In this document: one piece after another, positions 38,641-49,485 of the stretch | Numbering within the stretch: position 1 is the first letter of the stretch | How the letters are laid out: every line of letters begins with the position of its first letter | Source: Nemertoderma westbladi | Lineage: Eukaryota; Animalia; Xenacoelomorpha | Assembly (NCBI GenBank): GCA_032718475.1 | Contig: JAUCBJ010001846.1 | Span: 62,001-126,000, forward strand | Direction: 5' to 3' | Length of the DNA stretch: 64,000 nt | The notes under the pieces: generated by a model | Told to the model about the DNA's origin: nothing | Database searches by the model: none | What the model saw: only the letters and a program-made list of their open reading frames with translations | Program-made: the position numbers and the translations under genes

Positions 38641-40363
38641 AATAATGACTGATCATTTGATCAACTTGCTTAAGATCATCTACATCATCAATTGCACTGG
38701 GCAAAAACTCAACAACCTGATCAATACCTTTTTGATCAAACAACAAAAAGGCGGGGGGACCTACCAACCCTTTTTGACTCAAAAAAGCAACATGTTCAGG
38801 TGCCATGGCAGTGACATCAAAAAAAACAAATGCCAAGCGCTTTACATAAGCGCGCACAGCTGTATTGTTCAAAAAAAAGTGTTTCTCTTTCAAGCAACTA
38901 ATGCACCAATCAGCATAGAGCAACACTAGCTTAGGGCGATTAACTGTTTCAAGCAAGTGGATCAATTCAGATGTTTTGCTGACCACATCAATCACATCCT
39001 CATTTGGTGAATCTGCCCAATGATAACGTACCACACCACTTTCAACCCAATAAACACTCACCAACAATGCCCCCAATAACAATGTCCCAATGGGTAAAAG
39101 CCTTGAAGCCATGTGTGTGCAAACCAAGCGTACCATATCAAACAAACAAAAACCCAGCATCGCCAACCAAATAACACCTAAATATTCACCACTGATCAGT
39201 GTGGTGCTATTCCAAAAAGCCAGCACCAGTAATACATAAACAATCAATCGCTTAGACAACAATAAATATGGGCCTGATTTGGGCATCATTTTTTGACCAA
39301 ACAAAGCAATCAAAATCAGCGGCAGACTCGCCCCCAACGCAAAAATAAGGGCAAAAATACCCACCTCCCAAACAACAAGATGCTTACTTGTGCCCACCTG
39401 AGCAATTAACCCCGCCAAAAGCGGCGCCGAGCAGGCAGAAATGAATACCAAATTTGCAAACCCCAACAAAAACGCACGCCCATAAACAAAGCGCACGCCA
39501 AGTAGCGCTTGGTGCAGTTTATCTTTCCAAGCCCCTGAAAAACTGGGCAACAAGTGCCCCCACAATACCCAAGCAGCACAACACAGTAAAAACAACACCA
39601 AAAACAATTTAACCACCCAATTTTGCAAGTACACTTGCAAAAATTGAGCAAAGTAAAACACCAAAAATGCTAGTAAAAAATAAGACAATAATAAACCAAA
39701 TCCGTAACCAAGCACCAAATGGGCCGATTGGGCTGTTGATGTTTTATGTTGGCCGGCAATCAACAAAAATAGTGTCCCCAATACTGGTAGACTACACGGG
39801 TTAATGACCATTAAAAGGCCTAGTAAAAAAACAGCCAGTACCTGATACCACCCTAAGTCAACCCATGAACTTTTGGGCTGATTTTTTACAGGCAAAGCAT
39901 TCAGTATGAATGCGTTGTCAGCTGTTGACCACAAAAAACGCTTTGTTCTTGGGGGCAAACAAGGCCCATTTTTTTGACAGCCTTGGAGAGTAAAATCAAA
40001 ATACGTGAACGTTTTTTTTGTTTGATCTTGAAGCGGAAACTGTAGTACAAAGTCTGATAAAAACACCTCTTGTTTGCCAAAATAAGGGTCATCATAAACT
40101 TGCCCTGTTGGCCAAATAGGTTTTTCAAGCTGAACATCACTATTTGCTTGAATGCTTGAACGATAAGCATAATACCCCTTTTGAACGTCCACACGAACAA
40201 CTACAGCCTTTAAAGATTGATCATATTCAACGCCAGCCCTAAATGCCCGATCAACCACATCCCAAACATTTTCAGCCAATAAAAAAGTTGAAATTAGCGA
40301 GAAAAAAAGGGCAATAATTGTAAGAAAAATAAATCGTCTTGCCTTATAATGGAGGCATGTCAT
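38633..40363 (-). CDS. dsbD: Thiol:disulfide interchange protein DsbD
   Basis: DPYFG, QGC...CLPP, NPCSLP, SACSAP and WCISC motifs. Confidence 0.9.
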   Translation of the reverse strand: MTCLHYKARRFIFLTIIALFFSLISTFLLAENVWDVVDRAFRAGVEYDQSLKAVVVRVDVQKGYYAYRSSIQANSDVQLEKPIWPTGQVYDDPYFGKQEVFLSDFVLQFPLQDQTKKTFTYFDFTLQGCQKNGPCLPPRTKRFLWSTADNAFILNALPVKNQPKSSWVDLGWYQVLAVFLLGLLMVINPCSLPVLGTLFLLIAGQHKTSTAQSAHLVLGYGFGLLLSYFLLAFLVFYFAQFLQVYLQNWVVKLFLVLFLLCCAAWVLWGHLLPSFSGAWKDKLHQALLGVRFVYGRAFLLGFANLVFISACSAPLLAGLIAQVGTSKHLVVWEVGIFALIFALGASLPLILIALFGQKMMPKSGPYLLLSKRLIVYVLLVLAFWNSTTLISGEYLGVIWLAMLGFCLFDMVRLVCTHMASRLLPIGTLLLGALLVSVYWVESGVVRYHWADSPNEDVIDVVSKTSELIHLLETVNRPKLVLLYADWCISCLKEKHFFLNNTAVRAYVKRLAFVFFDVTAMAPEHVAFLSQKGLVGPPAFLLFDQKGIDQVVEFLPSAIDDVDDLKQVDQMISHYFD

Positions 40364-40977
40364 TTAACTATCCACACAAAATACCCCTGTTGATATCAAA
40401 CAACCAAGTGCTTATGCCTGATGGCCTGATCACGTTGACTGTCTCTAATATTTCTGAGATTAAAATGCTTTCGCACATATTGGAAAATGATAGCATAGTT
40501 GGCGTGGTGCTAAAAAAAGGGAAGGATTGCTTCAAAATGGGCTGTGCAGGCCATGTGGAAAATATTCATTACACAGATAGCGAATACGCATTGACCCTCA
40601 ACGGTTTTAAGCGTTTTTTAATCCGACGTAAAAAGCTATCCCCATTTCTATATTGGCAAGCCTTTGTATCTTGGGATGCTGAAAACAAACAAACACAAGA
40701 CTTTAGCCAACAAGAACATGACCGATTGGCTCACACCATTACCGCTTACTTGAAAAAGTCAAATAACACTGAAAATCCCCAAAATGATGACAACTTAATC
40801 AATCAACCCATTGACCTATTAATCAATAATAACGAATTACTTAATTCGTTTAAACCCCTTGAAAAACAAGCGCTGCTTGAATCAAAAGACTTAAAATCTC
40901 GCTACGAACTGATCATGTCATTGATGAGTATGCGTATCAAACAAACCCATCCTAACAGTCAATATACATTCAATTAA
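40357..40977 (+). CDS. Lon N-terminal substrate-binding domain protein
   Basis: IPL...VLMPDG..TL, MGCAGHV, LNGFKRF and EKQALLE motifs; likely start MSFNY. Confidence 0.8.
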   Translation: MSFNYPHKIPLLISNNQVLMPDGLITLTVSNISEIKMLSHILENDSIVGVVLKKGKDCFKMGCAGHVENIHYTDSEYALTLNGFKRFLIRRKKLSPFLYWQAFVSWDAENKQTQDFSQQEHDRLAHTITAYLKKSNNTENPQNDDNLINQPIDLLINNNELLNSFKPLEKQALLESKDLKSRYELIMSLMSMRIKQTHPNSQYTFN

Positions 40978-41035
40978 CAACTAAGCTCACCGGCGGCAGT
41001 GGAGGAAGCCTAGGGTAGATGAGTGCCTGTTAATT
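40972..41035 (-). other. Degenerate attC-like site after the DUF2130 gene
   Basis: Minus strand reads AATTAAC...CTCCACTGCCGCCGGTGAGCTTAGTT-GTTAATT, with perfectly complementary 7-bp ends, starting at the stop codon. Confidence 0.5.
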
Positions 41036-42219
41036 ACTTTCTTCATCACTAGCCAATTCCAATTGTGGCACTGTCTGAACGGCACTTCCTGCTATTCCCT
41101 TAATTGATCCATACATATGGATTGTATTAAAAGAACCTTATCGATTTGTTTTTGGCGTTTTTTCCAATTTGCTTCCATTGAGCGCTTTTCGGTATTTAAA
41201 TCGTTTTGCATTTGTGTAAAGCCTTCTACAATTGCTTCAATCTGTAATTTAAATTCATTGCTTGTAAGAAAATCATAAAGCATCCCCATTTTATCGCCCT
41301 TGTTTTCTTGTGTAGTTATGGCGGTGCTAATTCGAATTATAGACTCTCTTAAAACCGTACACAGACCTTTGAATTCATCAAACGAACACACCCAAATGCC
41401 TTCTCTCAATCCCATACAATCCATGTCAGCAGGCATTGCATCTGTTACCAATACGCCTATGTCTGCATTTTTATCTCGGATATCAGATTTGAACTTTTCT
41501 ATCCATGATGGCTGGAAGTTTTTTGTTCTTTTGCTTTCGTAGTAGATGGTTCCGCAATTCTGGCGACTGAGAGTGTGAACTGTTTGTAAACAGTCAGCGC
41601 CTCGTTCACCTTTTTTTATTTCATTGATAGAATCAAGCGGAAATTGAGCAGATAACCACTGCTCAATCGCTAGTTCTTGGACTTCACCTTGTAATTGCGT
41701 TGACCCTTGTTCAGCTTTGCGCTGCGCTTCAGCCATCTGTTTTTTTAGCTGATTTATAACCTGCTCTTTCTTGGAAATATTAAGTTATGCTTCCAACTCT
41801 ATCTTATCTTTGAGTTCTCCTTTCTCACGCTTTAGCCTCTCAATATCTGCCTTGAATTTGTTAAGCACTTTGACCTGCTCGGATTTCTCTTCTAATTCCT
41901 TACGAAGGGCTGCTATTCTTTCCTCTTGCTCTTCTTTGGCTTGCTCCTTTAACGACTGCTCTAGTTTTGCAAGCTCTTCCTTTACACCGCTTTTAATAGC
42001 GCTAGACACTCGCTCCTTATAATCCTCATTTGCCTTTTCAATAGCCTCTTTTGCTGCCTTTAGCTCTTCTTCCTTTGATTCTAAATCTTTACGTTCTTTT
42101 GCGATTTTATCGTTGTATTTCTTCTTAAGCTCACCGTCCAATTGATGATATAAGATTTCGTTTACGTCGATTTCTTCGCCGCAATTAGGACAGCTTATTT
42201 TGTTCGATTCTTTACTCAT
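41034..42219 (-). pseudogene. DUF2130 family protein with an in-frame stop and a frameshift
   Basis: ISCPNCGEEID, QGSTQLQGEVQELAIE, YYESKRTK; stop at 41785-41787; C-terminal MYGSIKGIAG is out of frame. Confidence 0.85.
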
Positions 42220-43372
42220 AATTTTTCCTTGTTTCGGCTAATTGCTGTTCAACAACCATATTGCCTCGATGAACAAGCACATACTCATCGACATAACCAA
42301 GTTGGTTGATAATTTGATCACTTTTTTTACCCTTAATTTTTTCAACCTCAACTGAACTATAATTCACCAAGCCGCTGGCAACCACATGCCCACTTTCATC
42401 TTGGCACGCCACTAAATCCCCCCGAACAAACGACCCACTCACTTTTTTAACCCCCACCGGCAACAAACTTCCCCCTTCATTAAGCAAGGCATTAACAGCC
42501 CCTTTATCCACAACCAACACCCCCCGATGTTTTCGTTGACTCCCTAGCCAAACTTTTTTGCCAGCTTTCTTTAGATGAGCAGGGCGAATGCGTGTGCCAA
42601 CAATTGCGTCTCCTAACAAGCTGGGTAAAACCTTAGGGTCTGCGCCTGAAGCAACGATTGTTTCAATGCCAAAACTTCCTGCAAGTTTTGCTGATAACAC
42701 CTTGCTTAACATACCCCCTGATCCATATTCAGAAGGTGCATCTCCAGCCGCCTGTATTAACTTTGGGTTATCTGATTGAATAGAATCAATCAGTTTTGAT
42801 ACATTGTCTGATCGCACAGCACCAAGCTTATTTGTCCGAGGGTTTTTATTATAAACACCTGCCTGATTGGTTAACAAAACAAGCCGCTTGGCTAAAATAG
42901 CCCCCGCCAACATGGCCGATAGCTGATCATTATCGCCAAACTGAATCTCTGAAAAAGACACCACATCGTTTTCATTCACAATGGGTAAAATAGACTCACC
43001 CAATAAACCACTTAAGGTGCTTTGAATATTAAGATATCGCTTGGCGTCTGAGAAATCATCATGCGTTAACAGCACCTGAGAAATCTGTATGCCAAGTTTT
43101 GAAAAAGCGGACTGATAACGATGCATTAAAATACCCTGCCCGACTGAGGCAGCCATTTGCAAACGATACAGCTGATCAACTTTCCCATCCCAACCTAAGG
43201 CTTGTTTGCCAAGCGCAACGGCCCCTGAAGATACCAAAACAAGGCGATAACTTTTTTGCAACTGGGCAATTTGATCAAAAAGAAAATGAACACTGCCTCT
43301 AAGCAGGTCAGCAACAACACTGCTGCCCAACTTCACCACCCAAACGGGCTTGCGTGTTTTATTGATCGTCAT
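42212..43372 (-). CDS. proB: Glutamate 5-kinase
   Basis: VVKLGSS, VSSGAV, NENDVV, GDNDQLSA, GSGGMLSK motifs and a PUA domain. Confidence 0.97.
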   Translation of the reverse strand: MTINKTRKPVWVVKLGSSVVADLLRGSVHFLFDQIAQLQKSYRLVLVSSGAVALGKQALGWDGKVDQLYRLQMAASVGQGILMHRYQSAFSKLGIQISQVLLTHDDFSDAKRYLNIQSTLSGLLGESILPIVNENDVVSFSEIQFGDNDQLSAMLAGAILAKRLVLLTNQAGVYNKNPRTNKLGAVRSDNVSKLIDSIQSDNPKLIQAAGDAPSEYGSGGMLSKVLSAKLAGSFGIETIVASGADPKVLPSLLGDAIVGTRIRPAHLKKAGKKVWLGSQRKHRGVLVVDKGAVNALLNEGGSLLPVGVKKVSGSFVRGDLVACQDESGHVVASGLVNYSSVEVEKIKGKKSDQIINQLGYVDEYVLVHRGNMVVEQQLAETRKNYE

Positions 43373-44372
43373 TAGCCAATTGATCCAAAAAATCTTGCAT
43401 ATTCACTATCAACGCATCAAGGCCTGCTTTTGTTTTAGCCGACACTAAAAATGACGGCTGGCTAAAATAACCAGCCGCCCAATTCTTTAAGGCTGTTCGC
43501 TCTTTTAGTGACAACAAATCACACTTATTTAAAATAATAAAGTACGGACGTTTAACCAGCATATCGCTATAAGCACTAATTTCTCGATAAAGCGTTTCAA
43601 AACTACTTTGTGCTGCCTGATGACCCAAGGATGCATCCAGCACATACAACAATACCTTAACGCGCGATAGGTGTTTTAAAAACCGAATGCCCAAACCCAA
43701 GCCTTCAGAGGCACCCTCAATTAAACCGGGTATATCAGCCAACACCCAACGCTTGTCAATATCACTTTCAATCACAGCCAAATGAGGGTGGAGGGTGGTA
43801 AACGGATAATCGGCGATTTGTGTTGTGGAACCTGAAACAGCTTGCGTTAAACTTGACTTACCGGCATTGGGCAGCCCTGCCAAGCCAGCATCAGCCAGCA
43901 CTTTAAGCTCCAAGTGTACCTTCAATGCTTGACCTGCTTGACCTAATGTGGCTTTTCTAGGGGCTTGATGAACACTAGTTTTAAAATGATCATTACCCAA
44001 ACCCCCTTGACCCCCTTTGGCCACTAACAGCTCATCGGCTTGGTTAATAATTTCACCCATTAAATGATCGGTACCAGAGACATAAACCTGTGTACCCAAG
44101 GGCACTGGAATACGAATACTCTTAGCACAAGCACCGTGGCAGTTCTTGCCGCGACCAGATTGGCCATCTTTTGCAATAAATCGATTATTACCTCGAAAAT
44201 CCGCTAGCGTATTTAAGTTTTGATCAGCCACAAAAAACACATGCCCACCATTGCCGCCATTGCCACCATCTGGCCCGCCTCTTGGTATGCAGCGCTCTCG
44301 CCTGAAACTTACAGCGCCCTTGCCGCCACTACCTGCACGAACAAAAACTTCAGCTTCATCTACAAATTTCAA
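43359..44372 (-). CDS. obgE: GTPase ObgE/CgtA
   Basis: GGPDGGNGG, GLPNAGKS, YPFTTL and DIPGLIEGA motifs. Confidence 0.97.
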   Translation of the reverse strand: MKFVDEAEVFVRAGSGGKGAVSFRRERCIPRGGPDGGNGGNGGHVFFVADQNLNTLADFRGNNRFIAKDGQSGRGKNCHGACAKSIRIPVPLGTQVYVSGTDHLMGEIINQADELLVAKGGQGGLGNDHFKTSVHQAPRKATLGQAGQALKVHLELKVLADAGLAGLPNAGKSSLTQAVSGSTTQIADYPFTTLHPHLAVIESDIDKRWVLADIPGLIEGASEGLGLGIRFLKHLSRVKVLLYVLDASLGHQAAQSSFETLYREISAYSDMLVKRPYFIILNKCDLLSLKERTALKNWAAGYFSQPSFLVSAKTKAGLDALIVNMQDFLDQLANDDQ

Positions 44373-44375
44373 CGA

Positions 44376-44633
44376 TTATTGGGGGTAAACACTGACAGAT
44401 TTTTTATTTAAACGCCCCAAGACTTCAAACTTAACACAGCCCGTCACTTTGGCGTACAAGGTGTCGTCGTTCCCACGGGCGACATTAAGCCCGGGATGAA
44501 ACTTGGTGCCACGCTGGCGAACCAAAATATTACCGGCACTTACAAGTTGTCCACCATAACGCTTAACACCTAGTCGCTTTGATATCGAATCTCGACCATT
44601 GTTCGTACTACCTGCTGCCTTTTTATGTGCCAT
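44376..44633 (-). CDS. rpmA: 50S ribosomal protein L27
   Basis: [16 protein letters not shown]. Confidence 0.99.
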   Translation of the reverse strand: MAHKKAAGSTNNGRDSISKRLGVKRYGGQLVSAGNILVRQRGTKFHPGLNVARGNDDTLYAKVTGCVKFEVLGRLNKKSVSVYPQ

Positions 44634-44647
44634 TTGAAAACTCCGAT

Positions 44648-44965
44648 TTACGCTTGAATATCAACAACTTCTAAATGTGTTTCTAAGGGACGGAACCCTT
44701 GGCGCTTTAGATAAGACTTGCGTCTTTTAAATTTCATGATGCGTATTTTTTTACCCTTTTGGTGCGATTTAACCATCACAACCACCTTGGCATTTTCTAC
44801 AAGGGGCTGGCCGATTTTGATGTTATCATCGTTTTGAACCATTAATACTTGGTCAAAAACATGCGCTTTGCCTACCTCAGCGTATTTTTGCATTGAGTCG
44901 ACGGCAAAATGATCGCCTTTTTTAATTTTGTGCTCAACACCGCCAGCTTTAATAATTGCGTACAT
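44648..44965 (-). CDS. rplU: 50S ribosomal protein L21
   Basis: MYAIIKAGG...KFKRRK..KRQGFR; directly upstream of rpmA. Confidence 0.96.
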   Translation of the reverse strand: MYAIIKAGGVEHKIKKGDHFAVDSMQKYAEVGKAHVFDQVLMVQNDDNIKIGQPLVENAKVVVMVKSHQKGKKIRIMKFKRRKSYLKRQGFRPLETHLEVVDIQA

Positions 44966-45079
44966 TTTTACTCTGTTTTTAAGAAATTACAAGCACAATG
45001 GCTTTTATCTTGTGGTCATTTTTAGGGCTTTTATTATACAATTAAATTCTTAATTTTCAATATCAATTCCACACCGCTT

Positions 45080-46837
45080 ATGAAAACAGTTTATTGGTTA
45101 TGTTTTTTTGCTTGTTTGCATGTTCTGCCCATCAACGCTTTGTCTTTAATTGAATTTTATGATCGCGCATTTAGTAAAAGCCCAGCGCTAGATACAAAGC
45201 AACAGACTTTAGAAAACACACAGGATGCCATTGACTTAGTCCGAGCTAAAAGCTATCCCACGCTTGACTTAACGGCTTCTGGTACAAAATCTTCTCAAAA
45301 ACAAGACAATGTGGCTGATAAAAGTTTATATAACAGCGCATCGGGCATTTCACTCAACTATAGCTTTGTGGCGCTTCATGATGAACAGGTTCAAATTAAA
45401 GAACTTGAGCATCAAAATAGCGCAATTGACCTTGAGTCTTCTAAAAAATCATTTGGCATTAAACTGATCAAAGCCTATTTAACGGCCTCAAAAATTCAAA
45501 GCACAATCAAACAGTTGTTGGCTCAAAAAAAGTGGTTAATTAATAAAGTTACACAAGCCGAAACTGAAGATAGGTTGGGTGGCGGCAACAAAATGAATTT
45601 GTATACACTGGGTACGCAGCTAGCCTCGGTTCATGATCAAATCAAGGCGCAAGAATCAGTTTACATTGGGGCTATTAATGAATTGGTTGAGTTATACGGC
45701 GGTTATGTTGGAGATGTTCATCGCTTAAATGTGAATCGCATTGAATCTATTTTTGATCCTTCAATGATAGCGCTTGAACAATTAATTAATGCCGCCCTTA
45801 TGCATGATCAATCTGTACAATCTGCATACAATCAAATCAAAATTAATAATTTATCTATTCAAATTGGTAAAAACGCGAATATTCCATCACTAAGTGTATT
45901 TGGCCGATTTCAAAGAACTGGGTCTGATATCTCAACAATTTCATCGGGTTGGATTACAACCCCAAGCTCATCATCAACTATTAATAATTTATCGTTTGGT
46001 TGGAACTTAAGTTGGAGTATATATGACCAAGGGGTTCTGAAAAATGCGGTGAATAATTTGCTCGTTCAAAAATTGCAACTTAACAACCAACTATTAATCG
46101 CCCAGCGTTTGGTGAAAAAAAAGGCGCATCAAACTTACCATGATTTATTGCTGCTAGGTGATCGGCTTGAATTGATCAAAGACGGGATTGATAATGCCAA
46201 CAATGTATTAAAAATACGCGAAGCCCAGCACCGCTTTGATTCGGTCAACACTGATGGGTTATTGTCAGCTCAAGAACAGTTAGTGAAGTTTGAAAACTCA
46301 CTGCTGAATATACACGTTGAGCACATTCAAAAACAGCTTGATTTAAAAGTTTTAATGAGCAATTTTTCTAGGAACGATGCCCTAACCATCAACAATTGGC
46401 TGGATGATAAACCCAAGCATTTAGACTATTACCAAGCTGTTGATGAAAAATTTAATGTATTTAAAGCCCAGTTCACGCCCCCTAAAAGGCCTAGCCACAA
46501 CCCCTTAACTCATCAAAACTTACCCCCAAATCCTGCCCCAATTATTGCACCGGTTTCTCAAAAAAACCCAAATACCGAACTAAAATCTCAGGCTGAAGAG
46601 GTATTTTATACCACTCACTTAGCAGCCCAAGCAGAAACCATTGATCAATCAGCCAACCAAGTCCTAATTACACCTAATACCCCTAAAGAATTGATAGATG
46701 TTGAGTTTGAACACCCTGATCAGGATCAAGCATTAGATGCTGATGATCCTGATCAAGCTGTGTATCATTATTTCCACGAATACTTAAATGCAGCTGATCA
46801 GCCAATTGACCTTGAACCAACACCAACCCCGCCATAA
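45080..46837 (+). CDS. TolC-family outer membrane protein with a long Pro/Asp-rich C-terminal tail
   Basis: Signal peptide, LSLIEFYDRA, YPTLDL and IPSLSV repeats, GWNLSWSIYDQG. Confidence 0.8.
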   Translation: MKTVYWLCFFACLHVLPINALSLIEFYDRAFSKSPALDTKQQTLENTQDAIDLVRAKSYPTLDLTASGTKSSQKQDNVADKSLYNSASGISLNYSFVALHDEQVQIKELEHQNSAIDLESSKKSFGIKLIKAYLTASKIQSTIKQLLAQKKWLINKVTQAETEDRLGGGNKMNLYTLGTQLASVHDQIKAQESVYIGAINELVELYGGYVGDVHRLNVNRIESIFDPSMIALEQLINAALMHDQSVQSAYNQIKINNLSIQIGKNANIPSLSVFGRFQRTGSDISTISSGWITTPSSSSTINNLSFGWNLSWSIYDQGVLKNAVNNLLVQKLQLNNQLLIAQRLVKKKAHQTYHDLLLLGDRLELIKDGIDNANNVLKIREAQHRFDSVNTDGLLSAQEQLVKFENSLLNIHVEHIQKQLDLKVLMSNFSRNDALTINNWLDDKPKHLDYYQAVDEKFNVFKAQFTPPKRPSHNPLTHQNLPPNPAPIIAPVSQKNPNTELKSQAEEVFYTTHLAAQAETIDQSANQVLITPNTPKELIDVEFEHPDQDQALDADDPDQAVYHYFHEYLNAADQPIDLEPTPTPP

Positions 46838-47519
46838 CGGCGGTTTCAGCGCGAAGTATTCGACTACCCAAATTAACCACTGAACAATTCATTTGGTTAA
46901 ATGCATCCATCTCCTGAGCACTCCAGCCCCCTTCAGGCCATACTAATAAATCAATTGGGCAATTAAGTTTTAGTGAAGCTGAGCGAATTGATTGTACGGT
47001 TTGAGGGGCAAAAATGATTTTTTTGACGGCTTCGGTCGTGGTTGATAAATAATCTTCAAGTGTTTGAACGGGGTGAATGGTGACCCGATCATTTCGACTA
47101 CACTGCTCAGTGGCCTGAGTAGCAATTTTTTTCCAATGTTTATGTTTTTTTTCACTGATTAATTTTTTCTGATCGCTATTTTGACTAAATATTGGCCAAA
47201 TACTAGATGCACCAAGCTCAACCGCCTTTTGGATGACGATATCCATTTTCTCATTTTTAATGATTGATGCCACCACACCTACCGAAGTAATCGGTCGGGT
47301 GGGTTGAAATTTTTTAGCCTCAATTAAAACCTTCGCTGTCTTTGGGTTTAAAAATGTTGTTTGATACTCATGTCCATCAAAATTAAATAAAAAAAATTGG
47401 GCGCCCTTTTTAAAACGCACCACATTCACTAGGCGATGAAAAAGGGGTTTATCTAGTTGATATTCATGCCCCACCTCAAGGCTTTGATTGATATAAAATC
47501 GATACGCTCGTTTCATCAA
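46683..47519 (-). CDS. rsmE: 16S rRNA m3U1498 methyltransferase
   Basis: QKAVELGA, ATEQCSR, WPEGGWS and LGSRILRAETA motifs. Confidence 0.93.
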   Translation of the reverse strand: MMKRAYRFYINQSLEVGHEYQLDKPLFHRLVNVVRFKKGAQFFLFNFDGHEYQTTFLNPKTAKVLIEAKKFQPTRPITSVGVVASIIKNEKMDIVIQKAVELGASSIWPIFSQNSDQKKLISEKKHKHWKKIATQATEQCSRNDRVTIHPVQTLEDYLSTTTEAVKKIIFAPQTVQSIRSASLKLNCPIDLLVWPEGGWSAQEMDAFNQMNCSVVNLGSRILRAETAVMAGLVLVQGQLADQLHLSIRGNNDTQLDQDHQHLMLDPDQGVQTQHLSIL

Positions 47520-48556
47520 TTGCTAGATAACAAACGTGCTTGAAGGGCAGGGGTTATTTGTAGTTGATCATATTGATCAAATAAAAGCGCATACTTAACA
47601 TCAAATTTTTTAACCAAGGCCATAAATTGCTTAGGGCCACCCACCAACAGTGCTGTTGCCATTACGTCGGCTTCTGCCCCTGTCTTGGCAAGCACTGTGA
47701 CTGACTTTGTGTGCTCAACAGGCTGGCCATTTTTAGGGTTAATAATGTGAGAAATGCGCCTACCGTTTTGATGATAAAAACGGGTATAGTTGCCTGAAGT
47801 TGCAATGCTTTCTGATTTTTTCATCTGCACAATACCGATTATTTTTTTCGGATTATTTGGGTGTTGTATGGCCACCTTCCATTTGGTTTTACCTTTGCGG
47901 CCTTTGGCGGTGATATCGCCCCCAATGTTAATAATGACGTTTTCAATGCCTTGTTGGTTTAAAAAACTGGCTGTCCAATCTGCAATGTAGCCTTTTGCAA
48001 TGGCACCGATATCAATTTTAACCTTCGGGTTGGTGCTACTAAGTTGTTTGTTTTTAATGCGAAGTTGATGCATGCTGGGTTTTGATTGGATAATTTGTTG
48101 AATATGGCTATTTTTGGGGGGTTTAATTGGGTTGATGGTTTGGCGATGAAAGCCCCACAATGCAACCAATTGGCCAATAGCAGGGTTAAAAAGCCCATCG
48201 GTTTTTGTTTCATAATATTTAGCAGCTTCAATCAAATCAATGAGCGCTTCATTGATATTAATAGGCTGTTGTTTTAAAATGGCGCGGTTTACTTTTTCGA
48301 TCAACCCCCCTACTTCCCAGCTATGCCAATCGCGATGTAAAAGTTTGTATTGTGTTTGTAGTTGATCAAAAATTATCTCAGCCGATTGTTTGTTGGGCAA
48401 ACGTATTTGAACATTAACTCGCGTGCCAAAGACTAAAAAATCTTTTTTATGCAATGTTTGATCATCTGTTTTTAAAAGAGGCGAGAAGAGGATCACAATG
48501 ACCAAAAAGGCAGCGATAATAAGCCCAAGGATTATTTTTCTTGCAGGTTTTAACAT
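47516..48556 (-). CDS. apbE: FAD:protein FMN transferase ApbE
   Basis: DIGAIAKGY, NIGGDI, ATSGNY, HIINPKNG and ADVMATAL motifs. Confidence 0.93.
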   Translation of the reverse strand: MLKPARKIILGLIIAAFLVIVILFSPLLKTDDQTLHKKDFLVFGTRVNVQIRLPNKQSAEIIFDQLQTQYKLLHRDWHSWEVGGLIEKVNRAILKQQPININEALIDLIEAAKYYETKTDGLFNPAIGQLVALWGFHRQTINPIKPPKNSHIQQIIQSKPSMHQLRIKNKQLSSTNPKVKIDIGAIAKGYIADWTASFLNQQGIENVIINIGGDITAKGRKGKTKWKVAIQHPNNPKKIIGIVQMKKSESIATSGNYTRFYHQNGRRISHIINPKNGQPVEHTKSVTVLAKTGAEADVMATALLVGGPKQFMALVKKFDVKYALLFDQYDQLQITPALQARLLSSN

Positions 48557-49485
48557 ATGGCTTGCACTAGCAAATCAGCCACGTTTTGTTGGATATGGTT
48601 GTTAATTTCACAAATCCCTGTTGGGCTGGTGATGTTAATTTCTGTTATGTAATTGCCGATCATATCTAGCCCAACAAAAAACAAACCATGGGTTTGAAAA
48701 AAGCATTGTAGTTGATCACAGATGATTCGCTCTTTTTGGGCTAAAGGTCGAACGATCGGCTGTGCACCCATGGCTAAGTTGCCTCGACCCCACTTTCCTT
48801 GAGGTTGTCGAACTAATACGTGTTCGACAGGTTTGCCATCTATCATTAAAATACGTTTATCGCCTTGTTCAATTTCAGGCAAATAGACTTGTGCAACAAC
48901 CAATTGGGTTTGGTTAGCGCTGAGGTTGTTGATAATTATTTTAAAATTGGGATCAAAAAATTCTGTGATAAACACATTTTTTCCCCCCATACCATCTAGG
49001 GGTTTAATAACAATTTTTTCATATCTTTTGGCAAACAGTGTTATGTCTTTTTCGCTCGCGCTAATTAGCTGATCAGGTATGAGAGCAGGAAAATATTGGG
49101 TCATGCTTTTTTCATTTAATTGGCAAAGGGTGCTGGGCTGGTTGTAGATTGGGATGTCTTTCTCACAGGCCGCCAGTAGTTGGCAAGCGTATAAATAGTT
49201 TGCATCAAAGGGAGGGTCTTTTCGAATGAACAAGGTGTCAAAATACGAGACGTGGTAGTTTTTGGGGGGCTTTGTTATTTGGTAAAAGGATTGTTGATTG
49301 AAGTCAATATTGATCGCAGTTGCTCGAATACGCACCTGTTTATCACCCAAAAAAATATGGTGGGTATTAAATATATACACCCTATGTCTTGCTACCTGTA
49401 GCGCTTTGATTATTTGCAAAGTGCTGTCTTTTTTTGGATTTAGTTGGTCAAGGGGATCGATCCAAAACCCGATTTTTTTAGACAT
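48550..49485 (-). CDS. gshB: Glutathione synthetase
   Basis: KKDST, RKDPPFD, KPLDGMGG, RGNLAMG and EINITSPTG motifs. Confidence 0.97.
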   Translation of the reverse strand: MSKKIGFWIDPLDQLNPKKDSTLQIIKALQVARHRVYIFNTHHIFLGDKQVRIRATAINIDFNQQSFYQITKPPKNYHVSYFDTLFIRKDPPFDANYLYACQLLAACEKDIPIYNQPSTLCQLNEKSMTQYFPALIPDQLISASEKDITLFAKRYEKIVIKPLDGMGGKNVFITEFFDPNFKIIINNLSANQTQLVVAQVYLPEIEQGDKRILMIDGKPVEHVLVRQPQGKWGRGNLAMGAQPIVRPLAQKERIICDQLQCFFQTHGLFFVGLDMIGNYITEINITSPTGICEINNHIQQNVADLLVQAIC

